Assembly: GCA_964458245.1 (NCBI GenBank)
Contig: CAYWIA010000001.1
Coordinates: 33,540 to 80,347 of the forward strand
Direction: 5' to 3'
Length of the DNA stretch: 46,808 bases
Source of the DNA: an uncultured Methyloceanibacter sp.
Lineage (GTDB): Bacteria; Pseudomonadota; Alphaproteobacteria; Rhizobiales; Methyloligellaceae
Below, one piece after another: positions 19,482 to 29,212 of the stretch. Each line of letters starts with the position of its first letter. The first letter of the stretch is position 1. The position numbers and the translations under genes were made by a program. Under the pieces are notes generated by a model. That model had not been told where the DNA came from. It searched no databases and was given only the letters and a program-made list of their open reading frames with translations.

Positions 19482-20330
19482 ATGGCCCTGTCTGAAGCGC
19501 ATCGCGACTCCGAGACTGCAAGGCCGCTGGTCTATCGGCAGTCGATCTGGACGCGGGCGACCCATTGGATCTGGGCCATATCTCTGTTCTTTCTCTTGTT
19601 GTCGGGCCTCCAGATCTTCAACGCCCATTCCACGCTCTATATCGGCAAGCAGAGCGGCTTCGGCTTCGACAATTCGGTTCTCAGCATGGGAGCGGTCAGA
19701 ACGCCCCAAGGCCTCGAGGGCCGGACCACGATCCTCGGCTATCAGTTCGACACGACGGGCGTGTTTGGCGTCAGCGGCACGTCTGAGAATCCGCAAGCGC
19801 GCGGATTTCCAGCCGCCCTGACCATCCCGTCCTATCGCGATCTGGCCACGGGCCGTGTGGTCCACTTCTTCTTTGCCTGGGTGTTGGTCGCCACGTTGTT
19901 CGTCTGGCTCGTCGCCAGCCTCGTGAACGGTCATCTCCGCCGGGATCTCAGGCCGACGGGCAGGGATCTTGCGCAGCTGCCGCGGGACGTCGCTGATCAC
20001 GCCCGGCTCCGCTTCCGCCACACGGGCCGCTACAACGTCCTGCAGAAACTGAGCTATTGCATCGTGTTCTTCGTGCTGTTCCCGCTCATCGTCTTGACCG
20101 GACTCACCATGAGCCCGGGCATGGATGCGGCGTGGCCGTGGCTTCTGGATGTCTTTGGCGGGCGGCAGACGGCGCGCACCATTCACTTCGTGACGATGAC
20201 GCTGCTCGTCCTCTTCTTCCTCGTACACATTATAATGGTGTTCGCCGCCGGCCCCATCAACGAGCTGCGGTCCATGATCACCGGGTGGTATCGCACCGAC
20301 CCTGAGACCAAGGGGGACGCGGGCTCATGA
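19482..20330 (+). CDS. Membrane cytochrome b/b6-domain protein (YdhU/PhsC-like)
   Basis: Heme-ligand His residues in RATHW, VVHFF, RTIHF and LVHI; YNVLQK; several TM helices. Confidence 0.85.
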   Translation: MALSEAHRDSETARPLVYRQSIWTRATHWIWAISLFFLLLSGLQIFNAHSTLYIGKQSGFGFDNSVLSMGAVRTPQGLEGRTTILGYQFDTTGVFGVSGTSENPQARGFPAALTIPSYRDLATGRVVHFFFAWVLVATLFVWLVASLVNGHLRRDLRPTGRDLAQLPRDVADHARLRFRHTGRYNVLQKLSYCIVFFVLFPLIVLTGLTMSPGMDAAWPWLLDVFGGRQTARTIHFVTMTLLVLFFLVHIIMVFAAGPINELRSMITGWYRTDPETKGDAGS

Positions 20331-21115
20331 GCAAGACGATCCTCACCCGCAGGACATTTCTCGGCGCCGGCGCCGCCGGTGCCTCGTCCCTGATGCTTGG
20401 CGGCTGCGATGCGTTCAATTTTCTGGCCGATCGCGACGGCACGGTCCGCGACGTGCTCGAGAAAGCAAATGATGTCACGTACTACGTGCAGCGCGCCTTG
20501 ATCGGCGATGCGCTGGCGCGGGAGTATGCGGAAAGCGAGATCCGCCAGGGTCAACGGCCGAATGGATCGACCGATCCGCAATCGGCGGAGTACCTTGCTC
20601 TGAAGGCGAACGATTTCGCCGACTATCGCCTGTCCGTGACCGGACTGGTGGAAACGCCCAAGAGCTATTCCCTGGCCGAGCTGCGGAACATGCCGTCGCG
20701 GACGCAGATCACACGGCACGACTGCGTCGAGGGCTGGAGCTGCATCGCGAAATGGACGGGGCCGCCGCTGTCTGTGGTGCTCGATGAGGTGAAGCTGAAG
20801 CCTGCCGCGCGCTACATCGTGTTCCATTGCTACGACAACATGGGCAGCGGAGCATCGGGGCCGAATTTCTACTATGAAAGCTGCGATCTCGTGGATGCTC
20901 GTCATCCTCAGACGATCCTCGCCTACGGTCTCAACAACGAGGCACTGCCTGTTCCCAACGGCGCGCCGATGCGCGTGCGGATCGAGCGGCAGCTTGGGTA
21001 CAAGCAACCCAAATACGTCCACACCATCGAGGCTGTGAGCAGCTTTGCCGAGATCGCCCGGGGGAAGGGGGGCTATTGGGAAGATCGCGGCTACGAGTGG
21101 TATGCCGGGATCTGA
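20327..21115 (+). CDS. Tat-exported sulfite-oxidase-family molybdopterin oxidoreductase (MsrP/YedY-like)
   Basis: TRRTFL Tat motif plus LGGC lipobox, HDCVEGWS Mo-Cys, HPQTILAY, GAPMR, LGYK, GYWED. Confidence 0.88.
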   Translation: MSKTILTRRTFLGAGAAGASSLMLGGCDAFNFLADRDGTVRDVLEKANDVTYYVQRALIGDALAREYAESEIRQGQRPNGSTDPQSAEYLALKANDFADYRLSVTGLVETPKSYSLAELRNMPSRTQITRHDCVEGWSCIAKWTGPPLSVVLDEVKLKPAARYIVFHCYDNMGSGASGPNFYYESCDLVDARHPQTILAYGLNNEALPVPNGAPMRVRIERQLGYKQPKYVHTIEAVSSFAEIARGKGGYWEDRGYEWYAGI

Positions 21116-21273
21116 CCTAGAACGAGCGCGTTCAAACCGGCTTGCGGGCGGTCCGGGTGACCGACGATGTCACGCAACCGTCATGGGTCCCCGGCGTGGC
21201 CCGGCTTCGGTTCTTCCGCCGGCGTTCCTTTTGATGCCGCAATGCTGGTGGAATGTCCTCTCTTTCGAGGAGG

Positions 21274-21453
21274 TTCGAGTACGCGGGCGAGTCGCGGGAG
21301 TTCCGCGAGGCGAGCGCCAATATGTATCTCACCTTCCTGCTTGCGCTCGCCGGCGCCGAGAGCCGCCAGGATATCGGCTGGGTCATCGTCGGTGGTCTTC
21401 TGGTGGGCACCCTGTTCACGCTGTTCGTGATCCCGGTGGTCTACGCCTACCTG
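21274..21453 (+). pseudogene. Remnant of an AcrB/RND transporter gene (two fused C-terminal pieces)
   Basis: FEYAGESREFREASANMYLTFLLALA (pre-TM8/TM8-like) joined in frame to GAESRQDIGWVIVGGLLVGTLFTLFVIPVVY (TM12-like). Confidence 0.75.
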
Positions 21454-21724
21454 CCAGACGCGCGTCCATCGAGTCCGATGAGACGGTGCCCGGCCCGGAA
21501 GGTGGCCACGGCAAAGAGGGCGCTGCCGCTTCGCACCCGGTCCCTGCGGCGGAGTAGTATTTGCGCCGCAATAAGCGCGGAAAGGCGCGCACAATCTGCA
21601 TTATTTGCGCGTATTCGACGGGCAGGATGTTGAATCTTTAGGCATTCAAGAGCCGAGCGCTGTTTCGCAAGATTTCGTGCACGGAAACCTGCCAATTGCT
21701 CGGCCGACCCAGCCTTTTTTTGCG

Positions 21725-21754
21725 TACCCCCTAATAGTTACTCCCTCAAGAGGA
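21725..21754. promoter_or_regulatory. NarL-type 7-2-7 boxes upstream of the ABC substrate-binding gene
   Basis: TACCCCC-TA-ATAGTTA (21725-40) and a weaker overlapping TACTCCC-TC-AAGAGGA (21739-54). Confidence 0.55.
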
Positions 21755-21992
21755 TTGTCTCCGAAGGGCATAAATCCCGAAACTCCTAGGTGAATTCGTA
21801 TTCTCAGCCATGCGGCGTGGCTGTGAAATGGTGGTGTGGACGTTACTTGAAGCAAGGACGCCATGAGCAACAGGTCTGAGCCTTCTACCGCCTTGCCCGC
21901 TGCAACCGCCGCAATCCCGTTCGTAGGCAAATGAGTGTCAGGCCGGTCGCCCGTCTCCACGGTCGTCCCGCCCTTCGACGTGGAGGGACCAC

Positions 21993-23282
21993 ATGACAAA
22001 GTTTCAGATCAATCGCCGCGATTTCCTTTCGACCACCGCCGCCGCCACGGTCATGGCCGGCGTTTCCATGCCGAAGCTCGCCTTCGCGGCCGACAAGGTC
22101 GTGAAGATCGGTTTCCTCGCGCCGCTTACCGGCGCGGTTGCCGCGTGGGGCAAACCCGGCCTCGACGGCTGCAAGATCTGGGCTGACTGGGTCAATGCCG
22201 ACGGCGGCATCAAGATCGGCGACGATGTCTACAAGGTCGAATTCGTCGCCTATGACGACGAGTACGATCCCAGCATCGCGCGCACCGGCGCGGTCAAGCT
22301 TATCAAGGAGGATGACGTCAAGTTCATCATGATGCTTGGCGGCGACCCTTGGCCGGGCGCGGCTCCGGTGGCGGAAAAGGAGAACATGCTGGTCTCGACG
22401 CTCCTGCCGAGCGACCTGTCGCCCGAGACGAAAATGCTGGTCGCGCCATGCGAGGTGCACCCGATCTATAATGTCACCGGTGTCGAGTGGTTGGCCGAGA
22501 ACAAGCCCGACCTGAAGACCGCGGTCATTTGCGCTCAGGACGACTCGCTCGGCAAGCCGTCGGTCGCGACCTATCTGGCCGCATTCGAGGCGGCGGGCAT
22601 CGAGGTTCTGGGCGATCCGATCTTCTTCGATCCGGCAACCACCGACTTCGCGCCGATCATGTCGAAGATGCTGGCGCTCAAGCCGGACATCATCTGCCTC
22701 GACACCTGCTACGCCGATTACGTGCACCCGCTCACCGAGCAGGCCTTCCAGCAGGGCTTCAAGGGACAGATGATCTCCTGCACGGCCGACTTCTATCAGA
22801 AGATGGTCGAGAAGACTTCGAAGGAGTTCATGGAAGGCTTCATCTTCCAGTTCCCGGACTTCGACGATCCCAAGCTCAACGAGCCTCACGTCAACTTCAA
22901 CAAGCCGAACGAGTTCTACGCTGAATACGTGAAGCGCTTCGGCGAGGGCGAGTGGGGCGCCGTGTCGTGGGAATATGCCTCGATCATGGATCTTTGGTCC
23001 GACGCCGCACAACGCGCCGACAGCACGGACCCGGAGAAAGTGCTGGAGGCCATGAAGGTGGGCGGCACTGGCAAGCAGGCCTTCGGCGAGGCCGACTGGT
23101 GGGGCAAGGAGCTCTTCGGCATCGACAACGCGCTCGTCGGCCTCTGGCCCGTGGTCGTCATCAAGGACGGCAAGGCCAAGATCCAGGATTTCAAATCCAT
23201 CCCGGCGTGGTGGGACAAGCACAAGGATCTTCTGATCAAGCACATGGAAGCGCTCGATCAGATGTACTATCAGCGCAGCTGA
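21993..23282 (+). CDS. HAAT/LivJ-family ABC substrate-binding protein with Tat signal
   Basis: NRRDFL Tat motif, KIGFLAPLTG..AAWG, YDDEYDP, TTDFAP. Confidence 0.88.
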   Translation: MTKFQINRRDFLSTTAAATVMAGVSMPKLAFAADKVVKIGFLAPLTGAVAAWGKPGLDGCKIWADWVNADGGIKIGDDVYKVEFVAYDDEYDPSIARTGAVKLIKEDDVKFIMMLGGDPWPGAAPVAEKENMLVSTLLPSDLSPETKMLVAPCEVHPIYNVTGVEWLAENKPDLKTAVICAQDDSLGKPSVATYLAAFEAAGIEVLGDPIFFDPATTDFAPIMSKMLALKPDIICLDTCYADYVHPLTEQAFQQGFKGQMISCTADFYQKMVEKTSKEFMEGFIFQFPDFDDPKLNEPHVNFNKPNEFYAEYVKRFGEGEWGAVSWEYASIMDLWSDAAQRADSTDPEKVLEAMKVGGTGKQAFGEADWWGKELFGIDNALVGLWPVVVIKDGKAKIQDFKSIPAWWDKHKDLLIKHMEALDQMYYQRS

Positions 23283-23337
23283 GCACGTCCTGCTGGGTGC
23301 AAGGTCTGGTCTAGCGTCCGAGACGGGATTTCCTGCG

Positions 23338-23372
23338 CTCCGCCACTGGCGGAGGGGCTGTTCATGCCCCTC
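23338..23372 (+). other. Intercistronic hairpins after the substrate-binding gene (possible mRNA stabiliser or attenuator)
   Basis: CTCCGCCA-C-TGGCGGAG and an overlapping GAGGGGC-TGTTCAT-GCCCCTC. Confidence 0.4.
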
Positions 23373-23431
23373 GCGCTAACCGGTATAATGCGTCCGGCAC
23401 CGAGCCCAAACCTGGCGCATCACGGAGCCTT

Positions 23432-24307
23432 GTGATGACCGTTGAGTTGTTCCTTCAAACCGTCGTCAATGCGACCTACGCGGCGAGCTACATGGCGCTC
23501 ATCGCCGTCGGCTTCGTGCTGATCTTCGGCGTGATGGGCGTGGTCAACTTTGCCCATGGCGAGCTCTATATGGCGGGCGCCTACGTGGTTGTTGCACTCT
23601 ATGCCGATCAAGCCCTCCCATTCTTTGTTGCCGTCGCCGCCGGCCTGGTCTTTGTCGGGCTGCTCGGACTTCTCATGGAGTTCGCTCTGTTCCGACCATT
23701 GCGGGACAATCCACTGGGAGGGCTGATCGCCTCGATCGGCTTCCTTCTGATTCTCCAGACGATTGCGGTGCTCGGCTTCGGCGTTCGCATGGAGAACGTC
23801 CCGCCTTCGACTCAGGACAAGATCGTGTTCCTGGACGGTGCGGTGCTGACCTATCAGCGGCTCTACGTCATCCTGGCCGCGGTTGGGTTGCTGACGGCGC
23901 TTTGGCTGTTTCTACGCAAGAGCAAGTTCGGCTGGGCGTTGCGGGCTTGCGCGCAAGATCGTGAGGCCGCCGTCCTGCAAGGCATGTCGATCAACCAGAC
24001 CGCACGGCTTGCGATGTTCATCGGCGCGGCCCTCGCCGGGGTAGCCGGTGCGCTGACCGCGCCGCTTGTCTCGCCCACGCCGTTCATGGGGCACTCGGTC
24101 ATCGTCACCGCCTTCATCATTATCATTGTCGGCGGCTTGGGCTCCCTCGAAGGCGCGGTGCTCGTCGCCATCCTCTATGCCTTCGTCCACACCTTCGTGA
24201 CCACGCTCTACGACGGGACGCTGGCCAATATCGTCGGCCTGCTGTTGATGCTTGCCGTCCTGATCGTCAAGCCGACGGGTCTGTTTGGAGCGAAAGAACG
24301 TGCCTAA
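23432..24307 (+). CDS. Liv-type ABC permease (LivH-like)
   Basis: FGVMGVVNFAHGE, GWALRACAQD, GGLGS. Confidence 0.9.
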   Translation: MMTVELFLQTVVNATYAASYMALIAVGFVLIFGVMGVVNFAHGELYMAGAYVVVALYADQALPFFVAVAAGLVFVGLLGLLMEFALFRPLRDNPLGGLIASIGFLLILQTIAVLGFGVRMENVPPSTQDKIVFLDGAVLTYQRLYVILAAVGLLTALWLFLRKSKFGWALRACAQDREAAVLQGMSINQTARLAMFIGAALAGVAGALTAPLVSPTPFMGHSVIVTAFIIIIVGGLGSLEGAVLVAILYAFVHTFVTTLYDGTLANIVGLLLMLAVLIVKPTGLFGAKERA

Positions 24308-25313
24308 GCCTGAGCCCAGTTCGACGATTGCCTGGATACTCGGCTTCGGCCTGCTCGCGGTCGTTCTGGTCGTGCTTCCGCACCTGCTCTCGTTCTCGCA
24401 GCAGGAGATCCTGGTCTTCCTGGTCATCAACGTGCTGCTGGTCTGCAGCTACCGCCTGCTGACGCTGACCGGCGAATGGTCTTTGGCGCACGCGGTCATC
24501 ATGGGCGTCGGCGCCTACACATCGGCGCTGGCGGCCAAGGAGCTTCAGGTTCCTGTGCCTGTTGCCATGCTCCTCGGGGCGTCCATGGCGGGTTTTCTCG
24601 CCTTCCTGCTGAGCTTTCCGCTGTTCCGGATGAAAGGCTTTTACTTCCTGATCGGCTCGTTTGCCGCGGGCGAGGTGATCCGGCTCATGTGGAAGTGGAG
24701 CGATCTCACCTTCTTGTTCGGCGGACCGAAGGGCATCAAGCGCATCCCGTCAATGCCGGACATCTTCTCGATCGATTTCTACGAGCCGGTGAACTACTAC
24801 TATCTCTGCCTCGTCGTTGTGGCGGTGTCCCTTCTCATTCTCTATCGCGTCGAACGCTCGCGGATTGGCCTGACCTTTCACGCCATTCATTGGCAGGACA
24901 AGCTTGCCGAGTCCGTCGGCGTCAATACGTTCCGCTATCGCATGCTGGCCTTTGTGATTTCGGCCTTCTTCGCCGGTCTCGCCGGCGCGCTTTATGCCCA
25001 CTATGTGGGTGCGGTCGCCCCGAACAGGTTCGGGGTGGAGGAGATGGTCTACATTTTGATCTGGGCCATCGTCGGTGGAACCGCGACCTTCTACGGGCCG
25101 ATCATCGGCGTGGTGGCGCTCACCATCCTCAACGAGGTGATCCTGCGCTCGCTCGACGTAGACGAGATGCGGCCGATGTTTTACGGCGCGATCCTCATCA
25201 TCTCCATCTTGTTCCTGCCGAACGGACTGGAAAGCCTGCTGCCGAAGATCAAAGGGTGGTTCGCCGGCCGCAAGGAGCGGCGCGACGCCCTGGCGGAGCA
25301 GCCGGCCGAATAG
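24300..25313 (+). CDS. Liv-type ABC permease (LivM-like)
   Basis: GEWSLAHA..GVGAY, RMKGFYF, GGPKG, AESVGVN. GTG start overlaps the upstream stop. Confidence 0.9.
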   Translation: MPKPEPSSTIAWILGFGLLAVVLVVLPHLLSFSQQEILVFLVINVLLVCSYRLLTLTGEWSLAHAVIMGVGAYTSALAAKELQVPVPVAMLLGASMAGFLAFLLSFPLFRMKGFYFLIGSFAAGEVIRLMWKWSDLTFLFGGPKGIKRIPSMPDIFSIDFYEPVNYYYLCLVVVAVSLLILYRVERSRIGLTFHAIHWQDKLAESVGVNTFRYRMLAFVISAFFAGLAGALYAHYVGAVAPNRFGVEEMVYILIWAIVGGTATFYGPIIGVVALTILNEVILRSLDVDEMRPMFYGAILIISILFLPNGLESLLPKIKGWFAGRKERRDALAEQPAE

Positions 25314-25317
25314 TCTC

Positions 25318-25908
25318 TCAGAGGTCCGATACCGGCGGTGCCAGGAGCAGGAGCGCCGCCGCCATCAGCTTCCGCGTATCGTTGAGCATGGCGGGACGCT
25401 CGCGTCGCCAGACAATGAGCGTGTCGCCGGCCGGGGCCGTAACAGCGGCATCCGGAGCGTTCAAGGCCTCGAGGCGCTTGACCGTTTCGGCGGCGATTTC
25501 CCGCCAGCGCTGCTGCCACAGGCCGCGATAGGTGTCCCGGTGGCGCGCCTCCATGCGCAAATGGAACATCGAGCTGCGCGCAACCCGCGGAGCGTCCATG
25601 CGGGCGATCCAGGGACCGGAGCCTTTCCAAGCCTCCAGGGCCTTGGCGAACAGCGAGGCCTTGGCTTGGTCGTCTGCCGCGAGGCTCAAGCACACGCCGT
25701 AGTTCGCGAGGCTCGTGCCGAGGCGTGGATCGATCGGCTCGAAATTCGCGCGAGCCAGCTGGAGCGCTTGTCCGGCTTCCTCCTTGGCGCGAAGGTAATC
25801 GTTCTGCACGGCCGCGTCGGCCGTGGACTCGGCCGCCGTTTCCCAGGCGAGATCGGTCTCGCTCCAGCCGGCGTTGACGAGTTCTTTGAGGTCCCAGGTC
25901 TCAGGCAC
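25318..25908 (-). CDS. Hypothetical helical protein with one TPR-like repeat
   Basis: ALQLARANFEPIDPRLGTSLANYGVCL resembles a TPR repeat. GTG start overlaps the livF-like stop by 8 nt. Confidence 0.75.
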   Translation of the reverse strand: MPETWDLKELVNAGWSETDLAWETAAESTADAAVQNDYLRAKEEAGQALQLARANFEPIDPRLGTSLANYGVCLSLAADDQAKASLFAKALEAWKGSGPWIARMDAPRVARSSMFHLRMEARHRDTYRGLWQQRWREIAAETVKRLEALNAPDAAVTAPAGDTLIVWRRERPAMLNDTRKLMAAALLLLAPPVSDL

Positions 25909-26608
25909 CGAGATACGCGCGCCTCACATGCTCGTTGTCGTGCAACTCGGGGGCAGGGCCTTCGAGGGCGATCTTGCCCGTCTCCAGTACATAAGCATAG
26001 CGCGCTAGCCTGAGCGCAAGTTCGGCATTCTGCTCGACAAGCACCACGGGCACGCCCCGCTCCACGATATCGCGGATGATCCGCGCCATCTCCTGGACCA
26101 TGACCGGCGACAAGCCCATCGAGGGCTCGTCCATGATCAGCATCTTCGGCCGGGACATGAGCGCCCTGCCGATCGCCAGCATTTGCTGCTCGCCGCCGGA
26201 AAGCGACCGGGCCCATTGTCCGCGGCGCTCTTTCAGGCGCGGGAAGCGCTTGAAGACGTCTTCGAGATCGGATTCGATGGCTGGCCTATCGGAGCGCAGA
26301 AAGGCGCCGGTGCGGAGATTCTCCTCGACCGTGAGGTCCGGGAATACGCGCCGGCCTTCGGGAACATGGGCGATCCCGAGCGCCACGATTTTTTCCGGTG
26401 CGAGCGTGTCGATGCGCTTGCCCGCGAAGATGATCTCGCCTTGGCTGAGGCGCGCGAGCCCTGAGATGGCCCGCAAGGTCGTGCTCTTTCCGGCGCCGTT
26501 GGCGCCGATGATGGTGACGATGCCGTCGTCGGAGACAGCCATGTTGACGCCTTTGAGGGCCGCGACCTTGTGGTAGTGAACCGTGACGTCGTTGATCTCA
26601 AGCAGCAT
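25901..26608 (-). CDS. Liv-type ABC ATPase (LivF-like)
   Basis: GANGAGKS, VPEGRRVF, LSGGEQQM, VEQNA, AYLG. Confidence 0.92.
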   Translation of the reverse strand: MLLEINDVTVHYHKVAALKGVNMAVSDDGIVTIIGANGAGKSTTLRAISGLARLSQGEIIFAGKRIDTLAPEKIVALGIAHVPEGRRVFPDLTVEENLRTGAFLRSDRPAIESDLEDVFKRFPRLKERRGQWARSLSGGEQQMLAIGRALMSRPKMLIMDEPSMGLSPVMVQEMARIIRDIVERGVPVVLVEQNAELALRLARYAYVLETGKIALEGPAPELHDNEHVRRAYLGA

Positions 26609-27380
26609 CGCTCGCGCTCCCGAGATAGGCTTCGATCACGGCGGGATTGTTGCGCACTTGCTCGGGCGTTCCTTCGGCGAGGAGCGTGCCGAAATTCATG
26701 ACCGTGATCGCGTCGCACAGGCCCATCACGGCCTGCATGTCGTGCTCGATCAGCATGATGGTCACGCCTTGCTCTTCTCGCACGAGCTTGACCAGTTCGA
26801 TCATCCGTCTCGTTTCTTCCGGGTTCATGCCGGTGAAGGGCTCATCGAGCAGCATCAGTTTCGGATCTGCGGCCAGCGCGATGGCCAGGCCGAGGGCGCG
26901 CTGATGGCCGTGGGACAGATTGGCGGTGAGCTCGTCGGCAAGTTTTTCCAGTCCTAGAAATTCGAGGATGCCGTGGGCCTTCTGCTCCGCGGCCTCTTCG
27001 GAGGCCCGGTCGGTGCCGAGGATGCGCTTGACGAGACCGGCCTTGGCGCTGCGGTGACAGCCAAGACAGACATTGTCGTGTACGCTCAGCTCGTGAAACA
27101 GGGTCGTGCCCTGAAACGTCCGGATCAGCCCGAGCTCGGCCAATGCGCTGGTCGCGCGCCCCGAGATGTCCTCTCCGAGATAGACGACCTTGCCCCGGGA
27201 GGGTGCATAGAAACCGCTGATGACGTTGAACGTGGTTGTCTTGCCGGCGCCGTTGGGTCCGATCAGGCCATGGATCGAGCCGGCTTGAACATCGAGATTG
27301 AAATCGTTCACGGCGACGATGCCGCCGAAAGTCCGAGCCAGGCCGTGGACCTGAAGAATGGATTGCTCGGCGGTTGTCAT
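26598..27380 (-). CDS. Liv-type ABC ATPase (LivG-like)
   Basis: FGGIVAV, GPNGAGKTT, RTFQ, LDEP, IEHDM, VIEAYLG. Confidence 0.92.
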   Translation of the reverse strand: MTTAEQSILQVHGLARTFGGIVAVNDFNLDVQAGSIHGLIGPNGAGKTTTFNVISGFYAPSRGKVVYLGEDISGRATSALAELGLIRTFQGTTLFHELSVHDNVCLGCHRSAKAGLVKRILGTDRASEEAAEQKAHGILEFLGLEKLADELTANLSHGHQRALGLAIALAADPKLMLLDEPFTGMNPEETRRMIELVKLVREEQGVTIMLIEHDMQAVMGLCDAITVMNFGTLLAEGTPEQVRNNPAVIEAYLGSASDAA

Positions 27381-27459
27381 CGGCGCGGTCGGCCCCTTTG
27401 AGCAGGCAGATCGAGGTGATTACCACACCTCACCCGGCCCATGCATTCTTCCAAGATCG

Positions 27460-27679
27460 TACCTCCTTGGGGTTAGGAGCAAGGGGATGCGATCGGCAAA
27501 TCCGCCTCAAGGCCGGACGGACCCGGACAGACTTTTGTCAGCCCCGATAAGGGAACAGTCAGTGTCCAAGCGCTCCGGACAGAAGACAATTACTCTCCAA
27601 GAGGTAGGCCGCTTGTCAGCCAAGGCCAAAGGCCGATCCGAAGCCAAAAACGGGGCTCTCGCCTAACCCTTTTGGGGTA
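27460..27679. promoter_or_regulatory. Three NarL-type 7-2-7 boxes in the divergent livG/tmm promoter
   Basis: TACCTCC-TT-GGGGTTA (27460-75), TACTCTC-CA-AGAGGTA (27591-606), TAACCCT-TT-TGGGGTA (27664-79). NarL consensus is TACYYMT-N2-AKRRGTA. Confidence 0.7.
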
Positions 27680-27754
27680 ACTAACCGAGGGAATTGTGAA
27701 GAAAGCTTCGCCGCGAGCAAGATCGAAAAGCGACAAGAAGGGGAGATGCAGTCG

Positions 27755-29143
27755 ATGGCGAATGACTCGAAAGATGCGCGGCCGATCAAGGATCAGCGCG
27801 TATGCATCATTGGGGCGGGCCCGAGCGGCACAGCCCAGCTTCGTGCTTTCGAGGCGGCTAAGAAAAACGGAGCAGAGATTCCCGAACTCGTCTGTTTCGA
27901 GAAGCAAGCGAACTGGGGCGGCCTGTGGAACTACACGTGGCGCACGGGACTCGACGAATATGGCGAGCCGGTCCATTGCTCGATGTATCGGTATCTCTGG
28001 TCGAACGGACCCAAGGAGTGTCTGGAGTTTGCCGACTACTCATTCGAGCAGCATTTCGGCCGCGCCATCCCGTCTTACCCGCCGCGCGAAGTGCTTCACG
28101 ACTACATCATGGGTCGGGCCGAGAACAGCGGCGCCAAGAAATTCGTCCGTCTCCAGACGGCCGTACGCTGGGTTCAGTATTCACCGGAGACAAAGAAGTT
28201 CACGGTCACCGTGAAGAACCTTCCCGAGGACCGCATCTATTCGGAAGAGTTCGACTATGTCGTCGTGGCGAACGGCCACTTCTCGACGCCCAACATGCCG
28301 GAGTTCGAAGGGCTCAGCATGTTCCCGGGCCGTGTCCTTCACGCACACGATTTTCGCGATGCGCTCGAATTCAAGGGCAAGGACGTCCTGTTGGTCGGGT
28401 CCTCATACTCTGCCGAGGACATCGGCACGCAGTGCCATAAATACGGCGCCAACTCGATCACCTTCAGCTATCGCACCAAGCCGATGGGCTTCGATTGGCC
28501 CGAGGGTTTCGAGGAGAAGCCGCTCCTGAAGAAGACCGTCGGCAACGTCGCCCATTTCTCGGACGGCTCGACCAAGAAGGTGGATGCCATCGTGCTGTGC
28601 ACGGGCTATCTGCATCACTTCCCCTTCCTGCCCGACGACCTTCGTCTGAAGACGCACAACAGGTTGTATCCGCCGGACATCTATAAGGGCGTCGTCTGGA
28701 TCAACAATCCAAAGCTGATGTATCTCGGCATGCAGGACCAGTACTACACCTTCAACATGTTCGACGCGCAGGCTTGGTATGCGCGCGACGTGATCCTAGA
28801 CCGGATCAAATTGCCGGACCGGGCCGCCATGAAAGCCGACAGCGAGGCATGGGTGAAGCGGGAAGAGGCCTGCAAGACCGAAGAGGAGAAGATCGACTTT
28901 CAAACGGAGTATGTCCGTGATCTCCTCCAGGCGACCGATTATCCGCCTCTGGATGTCGATCATGTCGGTGAGCTGTTCAAGGAGTGGGAGCACCACAAGG
29001 AGGAAGGTATCCTGACCTATCGGGACAGGTGCTATCCTTCGACACTCACGGGCACGATGTCGCCGCAGCACCACACGCTTTGGATGGACGCATTGGACGA
29101 TAGTCTTGGTGCGTTTTTGAAAGCGCCTGAGGCCGCCGAGTGA
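27755..29143 (+). CDS. tmm: Trimethylamine monooxygenase (bacterial flavin-containing monooxygenase)
   Basis: [49 protein letters not shown] motif, GSSYSAEDI. Adjacent to tdm. RBS spacing favours the ATG at 27755. Confidence 0.92.
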   Translation: MANDSKDARPIKDQRVCIIGAGPSGTAQLRAFEAAKKNGAEIPELVCFEKQANWGGLWNYTWRTGLDEYGEPVHCSMYRYLWSNGPKECLEFADYSFEQHFGRAIPSYPPREVLHDYIMGRAENSGAKKFVRLQTAVRWVQYSPETKKFTVTVKNLPEDRIYSEEFDYVVVANGHFSTPNMPEFEGLSMFPGRVLHAHDFRDALEFKGKDVLLVGSSYSAEDIGTQCHKYGANSITFSYRTKPMGFDWPEGFEEKPLLKKTVGNVAHFSDGSTKKVDAIVLCTGYLHHFPFLPDDLRLKTHNRLYPPDIYKGVVWINNPKLMYLGMQDQYYTFNMFDAQAWYARDVILDRIKLPDRAAMKADSEAWVKREEACKTEEEKIDFQTEYVRDLLQATDYPPLDVDHVGELFKEWEHHKEEGILTYRDRCYPSTLTGTMSPQHHTLWMDALDDSLGAFLKAPEAAE

Positions 29144-29212
29144 ACGACGCGCGACGGCGACGAGAAGCGGGTCTGCACGAGAGATCGGCCGGGCGCGCCT
29201 AAGGAGATAGCC

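Noticed and set aside
29120-29143. Recurrent C-terminal AAE-like endings (Tmm EAAE, RND QAAE, LivM QPAE)
   Set aside because: A common alphaproteobacterial tail, not specific to this locus.
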